Source: a virus (Duplodnaviria > Caudoviricetes). Taken from it: 26,851 nt of DNA. The stretch covers positions 1 through 26,851 of IMG/VR virus record IMGVR_UViG_3300016476_000070; one strand, 5' to 3'. Made by a program: the position numbers and the translations under genes. Below are positions 22,227 through 26,851 of this stretch, piece after piece. Numbering within the stretch: position 1 is the stretch's first letter; every line of letters starts with the position of its first letter. Below the pieces are notes generated by a model. It ran no database searches. It had not been told where the DNA came from and saw only the letters and a list, made by a program, of their open reading frames with translations.

Positions 22227-23929
22227 TATGCAATCCTTGAGAAGTTCTTCTGCTTAACGAAGCGAAGAACGTTTTGGAACTTATCGTGTAGCACGTCACC
22301 TTTATGAGAGATGACGAAAATGTTAGTATCTTCTAAGTTATGTATGAGCTTTAGGAACTCATCGCATCCGTTAGCATCAAGCGACGCATCAAATACTTCG
22401 TCGAGTATCAACAGATTCGTGCTGGCGCTGTTTTTCATGCGAGCGATAGAACGCCAAGTGAACAGAAGCGCAAGATCAATGCGCATCTTCTCACCCTCGC
22501 TGAACGAGTCATAAGTAAAGTCATCGCGATGGCGCGACAGAATCCTCTCCTCAAACGACTCGTTCAGCTCGAATTTCACAAAGAAGTCCATCGCTGCTAG
22601 ATACTTATTCACCAGAGTATTGATCACTGGCACATACTGCTTGATGATACGCGACTTGATACCACTATCGCGCAGAATGACCGTAGCCAGTTCATACATC
22701 TCCTTGTCACGAAGGATACGTTCTTTTATTCCTAGAAACCGCTGAAGATCCTGTTGCAAGGTAGATATATTGGATTCCGTATAGGTAGATTCCGTTTTGT
22801 TAAGACTGTCGATTTCTTTGTTGTAAACAGAGATTTCTTTTTGATAGATCTTGATGTTGTTGAGTTTAATAGCAAGTTCGTTCTGCTTGTTAGATATATC
22901 TCGCTGTAGCTGCGATATTTCCTCAAGAGAATGCTCCGCTTTTGCGAGCTCGTCAGACAGCTTTTCAAGCGCGGACTCGACTTCTTCGATCGCTTTTTCC
23001 TTCTCACCGATCTTCTCCACTTTGATAGTATCGTCGATATGCTGAGTGCAAGTCGGGCACTCGTCGTTTTCGGTATAGAACTTGATAGTCTTACGTGCGT
23101 TTGCTTTCTTAGACTCTAGGCTTTTTTCGAGCGTCAGTATCTTTTGAACGCGAGCATTGACTGTATCGCGATCACCTAGTCCTTCCATGAGCTCCTCAAC
23201 GGAAGATCCCAATACAGCCGCGAGCGCTTCCTCGCGAGCAATACTCTCTTGAGCCTGCTTGATGCGTTCTTGGAACTCTTCAATCTTCTCGGTTCGCTTT
23301 TCATCAAGCTCTGTGCGAAGTTTCTCTTGCGCTCTGATACCTTCCTGCGTGTAAGAGATGTCTTGTTCATTGAGCTTGTGCTCCTCACGATTAGTTGCTA
23401 CACGGTCCTTGAGAAGAAGCGCCATCGAGGAAAAGACGCGGATATCTAACAGATCCTCGATGACTTCACGTCGAACGTTTGTTGTCAGTTGCATGAATGG
23501 AACAAACGACGATGAGCCAAGAATCACAATCTGCGTGAATGACTTCATACTCAGCTTGAGAATGTTTCGCTCAAGCATTTCCTGATAGTCACGAGCAGCT
23601 GCGTCTTGGTCAATCAGTACACCGTCTTCTATAATTTCAAATAGATTAGGTTTGATTCCACGTCTTACGACATACTGATGATCATGAACGGTGAACTCAA
23701 TCTCAACGACCACATCGCGACCGTTGACTGAGTTGATAAGCTGGTCCTTCTTAATCTTACGGAACGGCTTACCATAAAGCCCGAAGCATAATGCGTCAAG
23801 CATCGTTGACTTACCCGCACCGTTTTCACCAACGATGAGCGTAGAGTCATTCTTGTCTAATTCAATTTCTGTAAATGCGTTGCCAGTTGAAAGAAAGTTC
23901 TTCCAACGGACTTTGGTGAAGTGAATCAT
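22226..23929 (-). CDS. gp46: Rad50/SbcC-like recombination ATPase (gp46)
   Basis: WKNFLSTGN, GENGAGKST, zinc hook CPTC, FSEGEK, LILDE, VISHK. Confidence 0.97.
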   Translation of the reverse strand: MIHFTKVRWKNFLSTGNAFTEIELDKNDSTLIVGENGAGKSTMLDALCFGLYGKPFRKIKKDQLINSVNGRDVVVEIEFTVHDHQYVVRRGIKPNLFEIIEDGVLIDQDAAARDYQEMLERNILKLSMKSFTQIVILGSSSFVPFMQLTTNVRREVIEDLLDIRVFSSMALLLKDRVATNREEHKLNEQDISYTQEGIRAQEKLRTELDEKRTEKIEEFQERIKQAQESIAREEALAAVLGSSVEELMEGLGDRDTVNARVQKILTLEKSLESKKANARKTIKFYTENDECPTCTQHIDDTIKVEKIGEKEKAIEEVESALEKLSDELAKAEHSLEEISQLQRDISNKQNELAIKLNNIKIYQKEISVYNKEIDSLNKTESTYTESNISTLQQDLQRFLGIKERILRDKEMYELATVILRDSGIKSRIIKQYVPVINTLVNKYLAAMDFFVKFELNESFEERILSRHRDDFTYDSFSEGEKMRIDLALLFTWRSIARMKNSASTNLLILDEVFDASLDANGCDEFLKLIHNLEDTNIFVISHKGDVLHDKFQNVLRFVKQKNFSRIA

Positions 23930-24111
23930 TTCTTTCCAATAATGTCACGAGGGTGATCTTGGTCATCCCATCTGTATCGACCAGAGAAATGCTGAACGAT
24001 ACGTTTACCATCTTTATCTTCGAAAACTGTTACGCCACCAGTCTTATGCAAATACTTATACTCATTGCCTTGGCGGTCAATGTAAACTTCGTCTTCTACG
24101 AATTCCATCAC
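23926..24111 (-). CDS. Small hypothetical protein (61 aa)
   Basis: Overlaps both gp47 and gp46 by 4 nt. Confidence 0.7.
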   Translation of the reverse strand: MMEFVEDEVYIDRQGNEYKYLHKTGGVTVFEDKDGKRIVQHFSGRYRWDDQDHPRDIIGKK

Positions 24112-25169
24112 TCTGTTTCCATTTGAAGAGCTTCATGATATAGTGAACGCATCAACTTGTCAAGCTCTTTATTATCTACATTGGATTCAATCGTATCAAT
24201 ATACTTGGAAAGGATAGTCAATGTATCTTCGGCTTCATTGAGCAGATCATGCTCGTCGATAGCGTCCATGTTACGATGGTCTTCAACGATTGTAACTTCT
24301 AGCGGACCCGCCTCATACAATTTAGTCGTGAAGAGGTCGAAGTTCATAGGATTGTCTTTTGTCTGTACAATCAGTTTGACATAACAACCTTTGTATTTAT
24401 CCCACTCACGATCCAGCAGGTCTTCTGTGCTCATGCCTTTATCATTGTACCACAACTTGCGGAACATGTGATACGGATTCTTCACGAACGTAAGTTCACG
24501 AGTTTCAGTATCCAGGATATGGAATCCTTTAGGGTCATCGTAGTCGCTCCAAGTAAATTCAGCATGGCTACCGAGATAGTGAATATTACCAGAAGTGGAA
24601 CGGTGATGATAATGACCACTGCATACCAAATCAAACCGATCAAAAAGAACGCGGTCATCGCCATGACTGACGGGACTGCCTCGATACATTTCAAAGCCCG
24701 CGAGCTCCAAGTGTCCCAAAGCGATTTGAGCATTCGTCTCACCAATGAGTTTGAAGGTGGCTTCGCGGTTGTCCTCACAAATCCACGGTATGAAAAGTAT
24801 GGGAACTTCATCGAAGACTACTTCGGTTGCAGTTTCGTAGATGTGGAAGTCGTGTTCGTAAAACTCACGAATGGAGTTGACTGAGTTTGTGTTCTTGTAG
24901 TATGTGTCGTGGTTTCCCACGATGAGATGGGCGCGTATGCCTCGCGCGTGGAGAGGTTGTATAAAATCGTCACGCAGGCGTTTAGCTGTGTTGATGTTGA
25001 GGTATTTGCGGCGATCAACAAGATCACCGAGATGGATAACAGACTGAATGCTATGAGTATCAAGATACGGGAAAAATATGTCATCCAGGAATCTCTTGTT
25101 GTTATCAAGGAACGCGAGCTGATCATTACGAACGCCCCAATGCGTATCAGTAATCAAAGCAATCTTCAT
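24108..25169 (-). CDS. gp47: Mre11/SbcD-like nuclease (gp47)
   Basis: TDTHWG, HLGDLVD, GNHD, SGHYH. Confidence 0.96.
   Translation of the reverse strand: MKIALITDTHWGVRNDQLAFLDNNKRFLDDIFFPYLDTHSIQSVIHLGDLVDRRKYLNINTAKRLRDDFIQPLHARGIRAHLIVGNHDTYYKNTNSVNSIREFYEHDFHIYETATEVVFDEVPILFIPWICEDNREATFKLIGETNAQIALGHLELAGFEMYRGSPVSHGDDRVLFDRFDLVCSGHYHHRSTSGNIHYLGSHAEFTWSDYDDPKGFHILDTETRELTFVKNPYHMFRKLWYNDKGMSTEDLLDREWDKYKGCYVKLIVQTKDNPMNFDLFTTKLYEAGPLEVTIVEDHRNMDAIDEHDLLNEAEDTLTILSKYIDTIESNVDNKELDKLMRSLYHEALQMETE
24135..24163 (-). promoter_or_regulatory. Intragenic sigma70-type promoter TTGACA-N17-TATCAT (drives gp46)
   Basis: -35 at 24163..24158, -10 at 24140..24135, in the gp47 3' end. Confidence 0.65.
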
Positions 25170-25702
25170 GCTGTGGCTTTCTTGCTCCCTCGCTTGATAC
25201 CTTTACTGGTTTCAAAGTCGGCCATGAACTTTTCCATCTGTTCCTTCGACCATTCACCATACTTGATATCAGTATCATAGTTATTGCTTCTATCGCCATC
25301 TTGATTCTCAGATGTTTCACCCATGATGTTAGCATATTCGATAGCAGCATACTTAGTGTAGAGATGCTTCTTTTCTTTCTGAATACGCCTAATGAAAGCG
25401 AAGTAAATAATCTGCGTAAAGTATGCGAATGGATTCTGCGACTTGCTTGGGTCGAAGTTATTGATGTATAACAAACAGTTCTCGATACCGTCTGAGATCA
25501 TCTCTTCGCGGAACGTGTAGTTTGCAAAGTTCGGGCGATATGCTAAGTGAGTTGCGATCTTCATGATACACTCGCCAATGTAATGCGGAATACGCGGAGG
25601 CTGCTTACCTGCGTCTTTAGCTTCATTGACTTTAGCTTTGAACTCAACCATTGCTGCGTAGAGTTCTTTATTGTTTACATAATGTGTTTTGGGCTTTTTC
25701 AT
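25166..25702 (-). CDS. gp55: Late transcription sigma factor (gp55)
   Basis: HYVNNKE, PNFANYTFREEMISDGIEN, NPFAYFTQI..FAFIRRIQKEK. Confidence 0.96.
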   Translation of the reverse strand: MKKPKTHYVNNKELYAAMVEFKAKVNEAKDAGKQPPRIPHYIGECIMKIATHLAYRPNFANYTFREEMISDGIENCLLYINNFDPSKSQNPFAYFTQIIYFAFIRRIQKEKKHLYTKYAAIEYANIMGETSENQDGDRSNNYDTDIKYGEWSKEQMEKFMADFETSKGIKRGSKKATA

Positions 25703-26088
25703 TAGTGTAGTCTTCCTGAAGTATTCGCAGCCAATCCTATCATCGACAGTAGATTTCTAGCTTTCTGCCTTTGATACTCTTTGACTCGTTCTCTTTCTTC
25801 TCTCTGGTGATCGCTGATCGTATTCAAATACTTTTCAGCAACTATATCATCTACGAGCATATATGTCAAGACGTTTGATTTGTTGATTTTGACTTTCTCT
25901 TCCATTAGGCTTTCAAATGGAATCCAGCGCATGATAGAAGTTGTAACAGTCATCGTGGCTACAGAAGGCATAAGTTCTACACGATAAGGCTGAGTGATCC
26001 ACAGACAATCTTCCTCATCTCCAATGAGTTGGACGAGCAAATCTTCACCGTTATTCATCTTCAGAAAATAAACTTCGCCCTGTTCCAT
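25702..26088 (-). CDS. Sm-like fold hypothetical protein
   Basis: FLKMNNGEDLL...RWIPF; conserved position between uvsW and gp55. Confidence 0.75.
   Translation of the reverse strand: MEQGEVYFLKMNNGEDLLVQLIGDEEDCLWITQPYRVELMPSVATMTVTTSIMRWIPFESLMEEKVKINKSNVLTYMLVDDIVAEKYLNTISDHQREERERVKEYQRQKARNLLSMIGLAANTSGRLH
25841..25869 (-). promoter_or_regulatory. Intragenic sigma70-type promoter TTGACA-N17-TATAGT (drives gp55)
   Basis: -35 at 25869..25864, -10 at 25846..25841. Confidence 0.65.
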
Positions 26089-26851
26089 TTTCGCTCCTGA
26101 GTTTGATATTATGTAATTCGTATGGGAATCCTTCGGAACTATACATCTTCACACGTTCGATAAGATGAGCCAAAGTATAGTTCTGTTTCTTGTTATGAGT
26201 AAGATCGTCAGCGATATCGAATAACGTCATGCTATCTTTAGTATCTGAAATACGAAGCCCACGACCGATTGACTGCAGAGTTCTGATACGACTCTTCGTC
26301 GGGCTTGCAAAGATGACGTTATGAAGGTTCTTGATATTTATGCCTGTAGAGAACGTTCCGTAAGAAGCGACGATGATCGCATCGGTTTCCTTCTCTACGA
26401 TACCACGGATAGCTTCACGCTCTTCACCGTCAACTCCACCATGCACAAAGAATACTTTACGCTCACCAGCTTTATCGCGAATCATGTCGTGGAGAACTTC
26501 GCCGTGCTTCTCGACGTAAGCATACAGGATTAGTGTATTCCCCCTGAGAGATACAGCAAGATTACGAATGAATTGATTGCGAGGTTTATAAGAAATAATG
26601 TGCTCGACTTCATCTTGGTAGGTTCCACCAACCAGCTTCTTACGTTCTTCAACTGGATGACTGAGGACGAGAACTTTGACTTTGATTGCTGCAAGTTTAC
26701 CACTATCAATCAACTCCTTCGTATCAATGATCTTATGTGTAGGACCAAACAATCCTGTTAGAACAAGCTCGTTGACTTGACTACCATCCAGCGTTCCTGT
26801 CATACCAAAACGATACTTGACATTCGCTGCGTTAGTCATAATCTTAGTCAG
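26051..26851 (-). CDS. uvsW: SF2 helicase UvsW, C-terminal part (truncated by window edge)
   Basis: RFGMTGT, ASYGTFSTGINI, QSIGRGLR; frame is open to the window end. Confidence 0.95.
   Translation of the reverse strand: MTKIMTNAANVKYRFGMTGTLDGSQVNELVLTGLFGPTHKIIDTKELIDSGKLAAIKVKVLVLSHPVEERKKLVGGTYQDEVEHIISYKPRNQFIRNLAVSLRGNTLILYAYVEKHGEVLHDMIRDKAGERKVFFVHGGVDGEEREAIRGIVEKETDAIIVASYGTFSTGINIKNLHNVIFASPTKSRIRTLQSIGRGLRISDTKDSMTLFDIADDLTHNKKQNYTLAHLIERVKMYSSEGFPYELHNIKLRSENGTGRSLFSEDE

Noticed and set aside
1-26851. tRNA, rRNA, integrase or transposase; stop-codon recoding
   Set aside because: No cloverleaf or recombinase motifs noticed; core genes are full-length in the standard code.

Overview
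A 26.9-kb segment of a large T4-like (myovirus) dsDNA phage genome covering the core replication/recombination module. Almost all genes are on the minus strand. Order in the direction of transcription: uvsW (partial), Sm-like, gp55, gp47, gp46, peptide deformylase, papain-like protein, DUF4338/DruA-like protein, a promoter-dense early island of small ORFs, VWA/zincin plus MoxR(CobS)-like AAA+ pair, wHTH, ribosomal protein bS21, GT-A glycosyltransferase, gp45, gp44, [AT-rich ParB-like + T5orf172 insert], gp62, regA, hsp20, DUF1127, GH19 endolysin, holin, Sm-like, gp43, small ORFs, [antisense NUMOD3-only gene], uvsX, gp41 (partial). An alphaproteobacterial host is inferred, not proven, from DUF1127, a ROSE-like element and a GTA-type holin. 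Manual reading reveals a rich regulatory layer. There are 14 TTGACA-N17-TAnnnT sigma70 promoters, many inside coding sequence, plus gp55-type late promoters and C(UUCG)G terminators. Seven promoters place an AUG at or near the predicted +1 (leaderless gp43; 5'-AUG plus SD-led dual starts or coupled mini-ORFs). Also seen: a ROSE-like RNA thermometer on hsp20, a T4 gene e-like SD-sequestering hairpin on the endolysin, an anti-SD/16S-3'-end-like leader on bS21, and a nuclease-less NUMOD3 cassette with overlapping divergent promoters. All family assignments are from motif recognition by eye; no searches were run.
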